Made by a program: the position numbers and the translations under genes. 45,435 nucleotides of DNA from Acidimicrobiia bacterium (lineage in GTDB: Bacteria > Actinomycetota > Acidimicrobiia > IMCC26256 > JBARPG01), in assembly GCA_049642885.1 (NCBI GenBank), contig JBARPG010000102.1, forward strand, positions 1 through 45,435, given 5' to 3'. Of this stretch, positions 19,535 to 28,450 are shown piece after piece. The notes beneath the pieces are model-generated. The model was not told the DNA's origin. It did not search any database and was given only the letters and a program-made list of their open reading frames with translations. The first letter of the stretch is position 1; each line of letters starts with the position of its first letter.

Positions 19535-20191
19535 ATGATCACGACCGAGACCCGCGGCGATGTCCACATTCTGAAAATGTCGAATGGGGAGAACCGTTTC
19601 AATCCTGCTTCGGTTGCGACGATCGACTCCGCGCTCGATGAGGTCGAGGCCTCCGAAGGGCCGGCCGCGATCGTGCTCACGGGCGAAGGCAAGTTCTTCT
19701 CCAATGGACTCGACCTTGACTGGTTGGACCCCGCGAAACCTGATGGCCTCTTTGAACTTGCTGGGGCGTTTCAGCGGCTGGCCGCTCGGGTGCTCGTGTC
19801 ACCGATCCCGATCATTGCCGCAATGAACGGGCATGCATTCGCTGCTGGGGGAATGCTCGCGCTCGCCTGCGATGCCCGCATGATGCGAGCCGACCGCGGC
19901 TATTTCTGCCTGCCGGAAGTCGACATCAACATTCCGTTCACGGAGGGCATGTCCGCGCTGATCCAAGCGAAGTTGATGCCGAACGTCGCTCACGAGGTGA
20001 TGACAACCGGTCGCCGTTACTCGGGACCCGAAGCCGTCGCGAGCGGGATTGTTCACACCTGCTTCAACGAAGAACAGTTAATGCCGATGGCGATTGCCGC
20101 GGCGCAGGCCCTCGCCGGCAAGAACCGTGAAACGCTTGGCGCGATCAAGATGGGCATGTACGGACCGGTGGTCAAACAACTCCGCGGGTAG
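19535..20191 (+). CDS. Enoyl-CoA hydratase/isomerase (crotonase) family protein
   Basis: GEGKFFSNGLDL and AAMNGHAFAAGGMLALACDARM are the crotonase oxyanion-hole blocks. The start may instead be TTG 19526. Confidence 0.8.
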   Translation: MITTETRGDVHILKMSNGENRFNPASVATIDSALDEVEASEGPAAIVLTGEGKFFSNGLDLDWLDPAKPDGLFELAGAFQRLAARVLVSPIPIIAAMNGHAFAAGGMLALACDARMMRADRGYFCLPEVDINIPFTEGMSALIQAKLMPNVAHEVMTTGRRYSGPEAVASGIVHTCFNEEQLMPMAIAAAQALAGKNRETLGAIKMGMYGPVVKQLRG

Positions 20192-20205
20192 TCACGCCTG
20201 GGTCT

Positions 20206-21204
20206 TCAGGAGCGTGTCTTTCCGTGATGAACGGCGTCCTTGGACTCCTTCATCACCCAGGCGGTGATTCCTCGGCTCCCGCTTCCGATCGAGAACTTCG
20301 AGGTTCGCTGCTTCGACACGGGGTCATAGGTCTCTACCGGAACTGGCACTGTCGTATTCGCTGCCACAGTCCCGTTCGCATCTGCGAATGTGATCAGGGT
20401 GTTGTCAGGCGTCCAGCCAGCAATCCTCGGCACATCCAGCGGAGGGGTACCACCCGGACCAGGGGTGCCAGCCGGACCAGCAACAATCATCGCAGTTTGC
20501 GCGGCGTGATTCTCGATGAGGAATGCCTGGGCCGAACCGTTGTCGTCGGTAACCGTCATCAGAATCAATGCACCATTCGGTGATGGCGAGAACGACAACA
20601 TCTGGCCCGTCCACTCGGGGAATTCTGCAACAACAGTTTGACTCCCTGCCCCGTCAACACGAGAGAGTGTCAGGTTTGACGTCGATATGCGCGTGGCGCT
20701 ATCGACTGATGTTGTGACGCAACCCTTGAGGACTTCCGCAAGATCGTCGAACGCGACATCCTTGCACTCACGGCCGGCCGCGTTCTTGAATGCGAGGCTC
20801 TTCGTGGAGACATTCGTCTCGACGGCGCCGTGTGGCAACGCTGGCCCAAGTTGGTCGCCCAGGATCTCGGGTCCCTTCGCCAGGAGTTTTCCGGAGCTGT
20901 CGTAGGTTTCCCAACCGTCATCGCGCAGGTTGATTACGCCCCACGCGCTTGCGGAGTTCGTGTTCGTGGGGTGTGCGACGGTGATCTTGCGCATGGCGTC
21001 ATTCTTGGTGCCGAGCGAAGTGACGACGAGGGCCAATGCCGCAGCGGCCGCGATCGCCGTGGCCCCACGAGTGATGTTCACCACACGATTGCGACGACCC
21101 TCGATGCGCCCGATCACATCATCACGCACTCCATCTGCCGGAGTGAATCCATCCGCAGCCGCACCAAAGCGACTCGCCCAATCAATATCGTTTTCGAAAT
21201 TCAT
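20206..21204 (-). CDS. Single-pass membrane protein, putative anti-sigma partner of the upstream ECF sigma
   Basis: ATGA overlap with the sigma gene stop. It has a cytoplasmic N-terminus of about 45 aa, one TM (ATAIAAAAALALVVTSLG) and an extracytoplasmic domain of about 270 aa of unknown family. There is no HxxxCxxC zinc motif. Confidence 0.55.
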   Translation of the reverse strand: MNFENDIDWASRFGAAADGFTPADGVRDDVIGRIEGRRNRVVNITRGATAIAAAAALALVVTSLGTKNDAMRKITVAHPTNTNSASAWGVINLRDDGWETYDSSGKLLAKGPEILGDQLGPALPHGAVETNVSTKSLAFKNAAGRECKDVAFDDLAEVLKGCVTTSVDSATRISTSNLTLSRVDGAGSQTVVAEFPEWTGQMLSFSPSPNGALILMTVTDDNGSAQAFLIENHAAQTAMIVAGPAGTPGPGGTPPLDVPRIAGWTPDNTLITFADANGTVAANTTVPVPVETYDPVSKQRTSKFSIGSGSRGITAWVMKESKDAVHHGKTRS

Positions 21205-21770
21205 GACTGCACCTCTTCAATTCGTTCGTGTGCAAGGAGCACCCGCAGCGCTTCCAAACCACGGGACAATTGCGATTTCACATTCCCAACGCTGCAACCC
21301 AGCGCATTTGCGGTTTGCTGCTCACTCAAGTCGTCGAGGTATCGCAACACCACAATGGCCCGCTGACTTGCTGGCAACTCCTGGAGCGCTGCGATGAGCG
21401 CCGCGTTCTCTGCCTGAGCCTGTGCGTGGTCGGGCGACGCGAATCGACCTTCGCGCTTCTCGCGCTCAATGGACTTCCGCTCATGCACGCGGCGACGCAA
21501 CGCCGATCGGAAATCATTCAAGATCGCCGAACGCACATACGGCCACAATGCGGGAATGTCCTCATCCCGATAGTGGCGCCATGTCTTGGCGAAGGCATCG
21601 CCAACCGCATCTTCCGCGGCAGGGCGATTCCCGTACAACATGCCAGCAAGGCGCAATGCCTGGGCATAGTGCGCGTCAAACGCCTGCCCATACGCATTCC
21701 GCCGTTGCTCGGCCCGGTTCATATTTGAGACCACCGCACTCGGTGATCCCGCTGTAAGTGAAGGCAACAT
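21201..21770 (-). CDS. ECF (group 4) sigma-70 family factor
   Basis: Region 2 (DAVGDAFAKTWRHY...) and region 4 (LPASQRAIVVLRYLDDLSEQQTANALGCSVGNVKSQLSRG) are present. Two candidate starts exist. ATG 21770 would be leaderless, lying 6 nt after a -10-like GTCTCT. ATG 21722 is the alternative and has no clear SD. Confidence 0.85.
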   Translation of the reverse strand: MLPSLTAGSPSAVVSNMNRAEQRRNAYGQAFDAHYAQALRLAGMLYGNRPAAEDAVGDAFAKTWRHYRDEDIPALWPYVRSAILNDFRSALRRRVHERKSIEREKREGRFASPDHAQAQAENAALIAALQELPASQRAIVVLRYLDDLSEQQTANALGCSVGNVKSQLSRGLEALRVLLAHERIEEVQS

Positions 21771-21830
21771 GTAACTAGAGACAACTCAGATCGGAAAAGG
21801 TTGCACGGCCACACAAGAATGCTCCGAGGG

Positions 21831-22646
21831 CTACGAACTGAGCGCCAGGTTTGCGAATGTAGCGACGACAGGTGCATGGTCGGACCACCGCGCTGCATAA
21901 CTCGGTGCCCGATGCACTGCGGTCGAAGTTGCGAGCTCCGCAAGTTCAGGGCTAGCGATTTGGTAGTCGATACGCCATCCCGCATCATTGTCAAAGGCCT
22001 TACCTCGATATGACCACCAGCTGTACGGCCCAGGACCGTCACCGCCATGCATGCGCCCGAGGTCGACCCATCCGAGATCGTCAAAGAGACGATCGAAATG
22101 AGCGCGCTCTTCCGGCAAGAAACCGGCCTTCTTCAGGTTGCCCTTCCAATTCTTGAGGTCAACCTCGCGGTGCGCGATATTGAGATCACCCGTCAGGAGC
22201 ACATGTCCGCCATCGGCGCGGAGCTTCTCGATGCGATCAATCGCCGCCTCGAAAAAGGCGTGCTTTTCCTCCATGCGTGCAGGATCTTCCTCGTCGCCCG
22301 TATGCGCATATGCAGAAATGATCGTCAGTGCGCGTCCGCCACCGCACTGCAGCGTCGCTTCAACCCAGCGACCTTGACCATCGAAGCGAGACTCGTCGAG
22401 ACCAATGTGCTCACTCGTCAGTGGCCGTCGGCTCGCAACCGCGACACCGGCGCGACCCTTTGCCTCTGCCTCCGCATGCGCGATATACCAACCGTCGGCG
22501 AACAACTCGCGAAACAGATCGTCGGGTGCGCGCACTTCTTGCATCGTCACGATGTCAGGCTGCGCAGTACTAAGCCATTCGCGCATGCCGTTCCGCATCG
22601 CCGCGCGGATTCCGTTGACGTTTACGCTTGCGATCGAGAGGGTCAT
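21831..22646 (-). CDS. xthA: Exodeoxyribonuclease III
   Basis: Start re-set to ATG (cat 22644-22646). MTLSIASVNVNGIRAA...DIVTMQEVR...GDLNIAH...WSDHAPV are the ExoIII/AP-endonuclease motifs. Confidence 0.9.
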   Translation of the reverse strand: MTLSIASVNVNGIRAAMRNGMREWLSTAQPDIVTMQEVRAPDDLFRELFADGWYIAHAEAEAKGRAGVAVASRRPLTSEHIGLDESRFDGQGRWVEATLQCGGGRALTIISAYAHTGDEEDPARMEEKHAFFEAAIDRIEKLRADGGHVLLTGDLNIAHREVDLKNWKGNLKKAGFLPEERAHFDRLFDDLGWVDLGRMHGGDGPGPYSWWSYRGKAFDNDAGWRIDYQIASPELAELATSTAVHRAPSYAARWSDHAPVVATFANLALSS

Positions 22647-23022
22647 GTGCCCGATCTTTCCACGCCGCACTGGGAGCCATGTCAATTGGCAGTTAGCGAG
22701 ACTGGGACCTTGCGGTCCCGCCCCCCACTCCGTCGTCGACGACCCGTATTTCATGGTCGACCGAATCCTGCTTGATCCTCTCCTCCGGGGTTTCCCCCGG
22801 GCTCAAGAATCAATTCAGACCCGATCTCCGGGCTGTTCTACACAACGACAACATCAACGCGGGGGAAATCCCGTTCGCTGCCGACCGGCATGGCATCCAG
22901 TGCGGCGAGACAATATTTACAACGGCATGTGCGGGCCCGAACTTGAGCCAGGTTGCATCTCCGGTGCAGAAACGGCGTCGATTTGCTTCCGCGTCCGCGA
23001 CCCCCTGTGATAGTCAACCCAT

Positions 23023-25344
23023 ATGACTCGAGAATCTGCAGGCCCATACGAACATTTTGAAGGCACACTCGGCCGCACCTTCGCTGGCTCACAAGGATGG
23101 TGGCCGCCGCGCCCGACCCCTCGCCCTGACGCACCGAACATCGTCATCGTTCTCGTCGACGACCTCGGCTACAGCGACCTCTCCTGTTACGGATCAGAGA
23201 TCCCCACGCCCAATATCGACGCTCTCGCTCAGGCCGGCGTGCAGTGGACGAACTTTCACGTGACGCCAATGTGCTCGCCAACTCGAGCCGCGCTGCTCAC
23301 CGGGGTGAACAGCCATCGTGCAGGCGCTGGGCATGTTGCCAACTCAGACCCTGGTTTTCCGGGGTACGCATCGGAGCTGGCCGACGACGTGTTGACGATG
23401 CCCGAGATTCTTCGCTCCGCCGGGTACGCCACCATGGCCCTCGGCAAATGGCACCTGACCAAAGATGCCGACATGTCCGACGCGGCACCGAAGAAGTCGT
23501 GGCCACTGCAGCGCGGCTTCGACCGCTACTACGGATTTCTGGATGCATTCACGAACCTGCACCACCCGCATCGCCTCGTGGAAGACAATCATGTGGTCGA
23601 GATCGACGAATACCCCGAGGGGTATTACCTCACCGATGACTTGACCGAGAAGGCGCTTGACATGATCGCCCAAGTGAAGGCGTCTGATCCAGCTCGACCC
23701 TTCTTCTGCTACCTCGCAGAAGGCGCCGTGCACGCTCCACTGCACTGCAAACCCGAGGACCTCGCTCGCCATTCGGGGAAGTACGACGTGGGCTGGGATG
23801 AAATCCGGGCTGCTCGTCATCGCCGCCAACTCGAGCTCGGCGTCATTCCTGCGAACACTCCCCTGCCTCCGCGCAATCGTGAGCCCGGGGACGACGTGCC
23901 CGCCTGGGACGAACTCTTGCCGGAAGACCAAGAGCTCTACGCGCGCTATATGGAGGTGTACGCGGCGATGGTCGACAACGTTGACCAGAATGTCGGGCGA
24001 CTTCGAGCGGGATTGGCGGAACTCGGTCAACTCGACAACACGATCTTCATCTTTCTGTCGGACAACGGAGCTTCCCGTGAAGGCGAAGCGATGGGAACCT
24101 CGGCGTATCTGAGGTCCTTGGTTTCAAAGAACGTCGCCTCGATTGAGGATCCCCAGGCCGATCGTGAGCGCATCGACCTTCTCGGCGGTCCCCGCACGAT
24201 GACCCACTACCCACGCGGTTGGGCCATGGCTTCAAACACTCCGTGGCGGCTCTACAAGATCAACACACATGCGGGAGGACATTCGGTCGCGTTCTTGATG
24301 TCCTGGCCAACGCATTCCGGTGCAGTGCCTGTCGGGGAACGCCGCAACCAATGGGCTTTTGTGACGGATCTCTTGCCGACGCTGTTGGAACTTGCCGGTG
24401 TGGACCGCGCCAATGATCGCAATGGAGTACCTGTCCAGCCGCTGGCCGGCGTGAGTTTCGTGCCGTCGCTCGCGGACGCCGCAGCGTCCCACCCGCACAC
24501 GGAGCAGTACTTCGAAATCAATGGTCATCGAGGTTTCTACGAGGATGGCTGGGAGATCGTGACCCGACACGACGCCCTCACACCGTTCGGCGATTTCGAA
24601 TGGGAGTTGTACAACCTCCACGAGGATCCGGCGGAGATTAACAATCAGGCCGCCACGGAACCGACGCGCGTCGCAGCCATGGCTGCCAAGTGGGAACAAG
24701 CAGCGCGTGACAATCAGGTCTACCCACTCGATGAAGGTTCGCGTATCCGCTATGTGGTGCGGCCCCCCTATGAAGATCCCTATCGCGAGCCGGTTCGCAT
24801 CCCGCGACGCGCCCACACGCTTGAGCGGTATCGATCGCAGCTCTTAATTCAGTGGCGCGCGTTCACTGTCGACATCGAATTGGATTTCCACACCGGAGAT
24901 CGCGGAACGCTGATTGCACACGGAGATCAAGGTGGCGGATACGCGCTCGTGGTCGACGAGGGTGACGAGTTGGTGTTCGTGCAGAACGCGTACGGCGTGA
25001 TGATCGAAATGCCCGCGGGCACGTTGGCTCAAGGTACGACGCACGTTCAACTCACGGTGAGCGCGCCTGGTGGCTGGAAGTGGGATGTGACCGTCGGGGT
25101 CGATGGCGCGCAGCGCTGCCAACGTGAAGGGCTGATCATGCTCATGGCAATGGCTCCGTTCTGCGGTATCGACGTGGGCATTGATCGCGGCTCGCCCGTG
25201 TCATGGGAACGCTATGAACGATTCGGAGCGAATCGATTCACCGGCACCCTGCATGCAGCGACCTGGACCCCAGGCGAACTCGCTCCCGACGCGGGATCAA
25301 ACTTCGTCGAGATCCTTCGCGAGATTGGCATGAAATACGAGTGA
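23023..25344 (+). CDS. Arylsulfatase (Cys-type, AtsA-like, with large C-terminal domain)
   Basis: NIVIVLVDDLGYSDLSCYG is followed by the formylglycine motif CSPTR at 23272-23286 (MCSPTRAALLTG), then GKWHL and LSDNG. No signal peptide is evident. Confidence 0.9.
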   Translation: MTRESAGPYEHFEGTLGRTFAGSQGWWPPRPTPRPDAPNIVIVLVDDLGYSDLSCYGSEIPTPNIDALAQAGVQWTNFHVTPMCSPTRAALLTGVNSHRAGAGHVANSDPGFPGYASELADDVLTMPEILRSAGYATMALGKWHLTKDADMSDAAPKKSWPLQRGFDRYYGFLDAFTNLHHPHRLVEDNHVVEIDEYPEGYYLTDDLTEKALDMIAQVKASDPARPFFCYLAEGAVHAPLHCKPEDLARHSGKYDVGWDEIRAARHRRQLELGVIPANTPLPPRNREPGDDVPAWDELLPEDQELYARYMEVYAAMVDNVDQNVGRLRAGLAELGQLDNTIFIFLSDNGASREGEAMGTSAYLRSLVSKNVASIEDPQADRERIDLLGGPRTMTHYPRGWAMASNTPWRLYKINTHAGGHSVAFLMSWPTHSGAVPVGERRNQWAFVTDLLPTLLELAGVDRANDRNGVPVQPLAGVSFVPSLADAAASHPHTEQYFEINGHRGFYEDGWEIVTRHDALTPFGDFEWELYNLHEDPAEINNQAATEPTRVAAMAAKWEQAARDNQVYPLDEGSRIRYVVRPPYEDPYREPVRIPRRAHTLERYRSQLLIQWRAFTVDIELDFHTGDRGTLIAHGDQGGGYALVVDEGDELVFVQNAYGVMIEMPAGTLAQGTTHVQLTVSAPGGWKWDVTVGVDGAQRCQREGLIMLMAMAPFCGIDVGIDRGSPVSWERYERFGANRFTGTLHAATWTPGELAPDAGSNFVEILREIGMKYE

Positions 25345-25400
25345 AGGCATGCCGAGTGCCATGCGCAACGGGTGACGTCGCCGTTCCTAGGATCTGAGGG

Positions 25401-27335
25401 ATGTCAGCTCCTTCACCGCGAATGCTTCGCAATGCTTGGCAAGGGGCGCTCGCTGGTGGCGGCGACCCCGCATCCTCGCCCCTCTACGTATTCGGACCGT
25501 TTGTCGCCCTCGTGGTGGGAGCGGGTACCGCCGAGATCACGTTCGGTGCATCAATTTGGCTGGCCGTTGCCACCATTGCTGTCGTAACGCTGCTGTACCG
25601 GCTTGTCATGCGTTGGGTCACCGATGGAAGTGGCGGTACGGGACTCAGCGAAGAGGAACTCGGCCCCTGGGCTGCGAAAGCCAGTGCTGCGATCACCTGC
25701 ATTGAATACACGTTGACGTTCCTCGTTTCCATCGCCGCCCTCGTGACGTTCGTCTCCGATCGTTTGGGGTTCGGTGGTTCCACGTTGTGGATTGCAAATC
25801 ATGCGTGGCTCGCCATCGCAACTTCGCTCGTGTGCGGGTGGCTGGTGAACCGTGGGCCTCGGGTGGTGAGCTACGTGTTTGGGCCCGCGACTGGAGCGGT
25901 GTTGGCACTGCTGTGGGTCATGATGATCGCCGTCGTCGTGAAGCGCGGCCTGCATATCGCACCGTTACGAATTGATGCATTCACCGGGCGCCATTTGGAA
26001 GTGACGTTGAAAGGCTTCGTGCGAATCCTCGCGCTCATTACCGGCGTCGAAGTCTTCGCGAATCTCGTGGCGTCCTACCGCGGTAATGCACGCGAGCGGT
26101 CTGCGCTCGCGTTTCGGTCGATGTGCATCATCATGGGAAGCACCGCCCTCACGATGCTCATCGTCGGCCCTGCCATCCTGGCCATTGCCGACCCGAACAA
26201 CACAGAAGTTTCTGTTTTCACTCAGACCATGGACAAGCTGCTTCCAGTGCCACTCGCGTTCGCTGGCACCGCGGTCAGCGTGCTCGTATTGCTCTCTGCT
26301 GCGGCGGCATCTGCTCTTGGAATCCAGAACTTGTTCCTTGGCCTTGCGGTGCGCCACTACGCACCGGCAGCTCTGGCGCGTCCGAATCGAGTCGGAGTCG
26401 CCTCGGCACCGGTATGGATCGAAGTTGGCGTTGCGTCTCTGTGCTTTGGCCTTCTTGGCACCAAGGAAGGCACCTACCTCGCCCTCTATGCAGCGGGCGT
26501 TTTCGTGCTGCTCTCGATGACAAGTTGGGCTGCGGTACTCCGCGTCTTTCGATCGCGACGGCAGAAGATGGAACACCGTCGCACCGCTCAAGCGTCAACC
26601 GTGTTCGCCGCCCTCTTCACGACTGCAGCAACGATCACGGTATTCGTGGAACGGTTTCGTGACGGTGTTTGGCTCTTCTTCGTCATGGTCCCGGTGCTCT
26701 GGCTGATCTTCGATGCTGTGCGCAGAGTCCGTGGCAACCCTGGTGCTGCTGCTGACAGGGTCGGTCGACTGCTCTCTCGCTGGTCGGAAGATGAGCCCTC
26801 GACACTGCTGCCACTGAGCCCACTCAGCCCGGCAGCTCGTGAGGTGCTTCATGGCGAAATCGGGAAGCAACCGATTGTCGACGGTGCTCCCACACGGCAG
26901 AACCTCCGACCGGTCCTTCATCACGGACATCATTTGGGGCTGGACTCGTTGCAACGGGTGAGTGTCCCGCTCGACGGATCAGCGCATGCCGAACACGCTG
27001 TGGCATACGCACTCGAAGTCGCCGACGTGTACCCCGTTGAGATCCACCTTGTCATGGCCCATGAGTCGGTCGAGGCACCCGCGACGTTGAGATACCTCGA
27101 GCTCGTGCAATCGCTCCTACAACCTCATTGTGAAGCGGTGCACATCCGTCTTGGAGTCGGGAGTGCAGCACTCGCGATTCTTGAACACGCCGCAGATGAG
27201 GAGATCGACCTCATCATCATGACGACCCATGGGCGCACCGGTATTCGCAAAGCGCTCGCCGGAAGCGTTACTTCTGAGGTCGTCCTATCTGGAAGCTGCG
27301 CCGTGCTGGTCGTCCCACCAATTGCGGATCTTTAG
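25401..27335 (+). CDS. APC-superfamily transporter fused to a C-terminal universal stress protein (UspA) domain
   Basis: A polytopic N-terminus of about 450 aa carries APC/KimA-like early motifs (GDPASSPLYVFGP; GGTGLSEE...IEYTLTFLVSIAA). The C-terminal part is USP-like (VSVPLDGSAHAEHAVAYALEVA...DLIIMTTHGRTGIRKALAGSVTSEVVLSGSCAVLVVP). Confidence 0.75.
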   Translation: MSAPSPRMLRNAWQGALAGGGDPASSPLYVFGPFVALVVGAGTAEITFGASIWLAVATIAVVTLLYRLVMRWVTDGSGGTGLSEEELGPWAAKASAAITCIEYTLTFLVSIAALVTFVSDRLGFGGSTLWIANHAWLAIATSLVCGWLVNRGPRVVSYVFGPATGAVLALLWVMMIAVVVKRGLHIAPLRIDAFTGRHLEVTLKGFVRILALITGVEVFANLVASYRGNARERSALAFRSMCIIMGSTALTMLIVGPAILAIADPNNTEVSVFTQTMDKLLPVPLAFAGTAVSVLVLLSAAAASALGIQNLFLGLAVRHYAPAALARPNRVGVASAPVWIEVGVASLCFGLLGTKEGTYLALYAAGVFVLLSMTSWAAVLRVFRSRRQKMEHRRTAQASTVFAALFTTAATITVFVERFRDGVWLFFVMVPVLWLIFDAVRRVRGNPGAAADRVGRLLSRWSEDEPSTLLPLSPLSPAAREVLHGEIGKQPIVDGAPTRQNLRPVLHHGHHLGLDSLQRVSVPLDGSAHAEHAVAYALEVADVYPVEIHLVMAHESVEAPATLRYLELVQSLLQPHCEAVHIRLGVGSAALAILEHAADEEIDLIIMTTHGRTGIRKALAGSVTSEVVLSGSCAVLVVPPIADL

Positions 27336-27350
27336 GTGAGACGGCGGCGA

Positions 27351-28238
27351 TCAGGTATTTGACGCTGCGGCGATGCTCCCGATCGATGCATCCAGTGCCG
27401 CATCGAACTCAGCATCGGACTGCTTCGCCGAAAGTCCCTCAGTGAGTGCTCGCGAGAAGCTGGCGACGATCCCATTGTTGCGTGCAAGACGAGCATTTGC
27501 GTCTTCTCTGGAGTATCCGCCTGAGAGTGCGACGACTCGCATGACGTTGGCGTGCGCGACGAGTTCCGCATAGAAGTTGTCGGTTTCCGGCAACGTCAGC
27601 TTCAACATCACTTTCTGATCTGCGGGGAGCTGGCCGAGCTGCGCGAGCAGTTCTGACTTCAGCAGCGCCTCAGCTGCAGCCTTCTCCGGACTGTTGATGT
27701 CGACCTCAGGTTCGATGATCGGCACAAGACCAGCCGCGAGAATCTGGCGGCCCACTTCGAATTGCTGATCGACGATTGCCTTCACACCCGCGTCATTCGC
27801 AAGCTTGATTACCGAACGCATCTTTGTTCCGAACACGCCCTTGTCCTTCGCGCGTGCGAGGAGCGAATCGAGCTCGGGCATGGGCTTCATAAGCTGCACG
27901 CCGTCCGAATCATCCTCGAGACCTTTGTCGACCTTCAAGAACGGAACGACCTGCTTCTCGTTCCAGAGGTATTCGGCGGTCCCACGGCCGTCGATCTCGC
28001 GATCCATCGTCATCTCAAACAAGATGGCGCCGAGGATGCGGTCGCCGTTGAACGATGGGCTCGTGATGATACGGCTGCGCATTGCGTGGATGCAGTCGTA
28101 CATTTCCGCGTCGCCGGAGTATTCGCTCTCTTCGACACCATAGAGGCGCAACGCTTTCGGGGTGCTGCCACCGCTCTGGTCGAGTGCGGCAATGAAACCG
28201 TGTCCGTTCGTGACTTTGTCAGCTTGTGCTTGGTTCAT
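27351..28238 (-). CDS. fda: Fructose-bisphosphate aldolase, class I (Staphylococcus Fda-like)
   Basis: [30 protein letters not shown]...PFLKVDKGL...GTKMRS...IIEPEV...LSGGYSR is nearly colinear with S. aureus Fda as I recall it. ATG (cat 28236-28238) is preceded by GGAGAG, and the track start at 28259 adds 7 codons. Confidence 0.9.
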   Translation of the reverse strand: MNQAQADKVTNGHGFIAALDQSGGSTPKALRLYGVEESEYSGDAEMYDCIHAMRSRIITSPSFNGDRILGAILFEMTMDREIDGRGTAEYLWNEKQVVPFLKVDKGLEDDSDGVQLMKPMPELDSLLARAKDKGVFGTKMRSVIKLANDAGVKAIVDQQFEVGRQILAAGLVPIIEPEVDINSPEKAAAEALLKSELLAQLGQLPADQKVMLKLTLPETDNFYAELVAHANVMRVVALSGGYSREDANARLARNNGIVASFSRALTEGLSAKQSDAEFDAALDASIGSIAAASNT

Positions 28239-28450
28239 GAGATCTCTCCACGTTGGCATTTGGGACGCCCTTTAGGCTACGACCGATCCACCTCTTTGCC
28301 AGATTCGAGCATGTCGTACTCGTCGAATTGACATCTCATCGCCGTCTCGGCATCTTCCGCTGTGGGTCGGGCACGCCCGGGGTCGGACACAACCTGTTTT
28401 CGTCACCGACCTCCAACTTTTCATCCGGATGATGCAGGGTCTTCGCCTCA

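Noticed and set aside
22647-23022. tRNA, 6C RNA or known riboswitch in the long xthA/sulfatase intergenic region
   Set aside because: There is no T-loop-like GGTTCGAAT or cloverleaf. The C-rich run is not in a hairpin loop as it is in 6C RNA. No riboswitch core motif was recognised. The region is kept as an unexplained-structure finding only.
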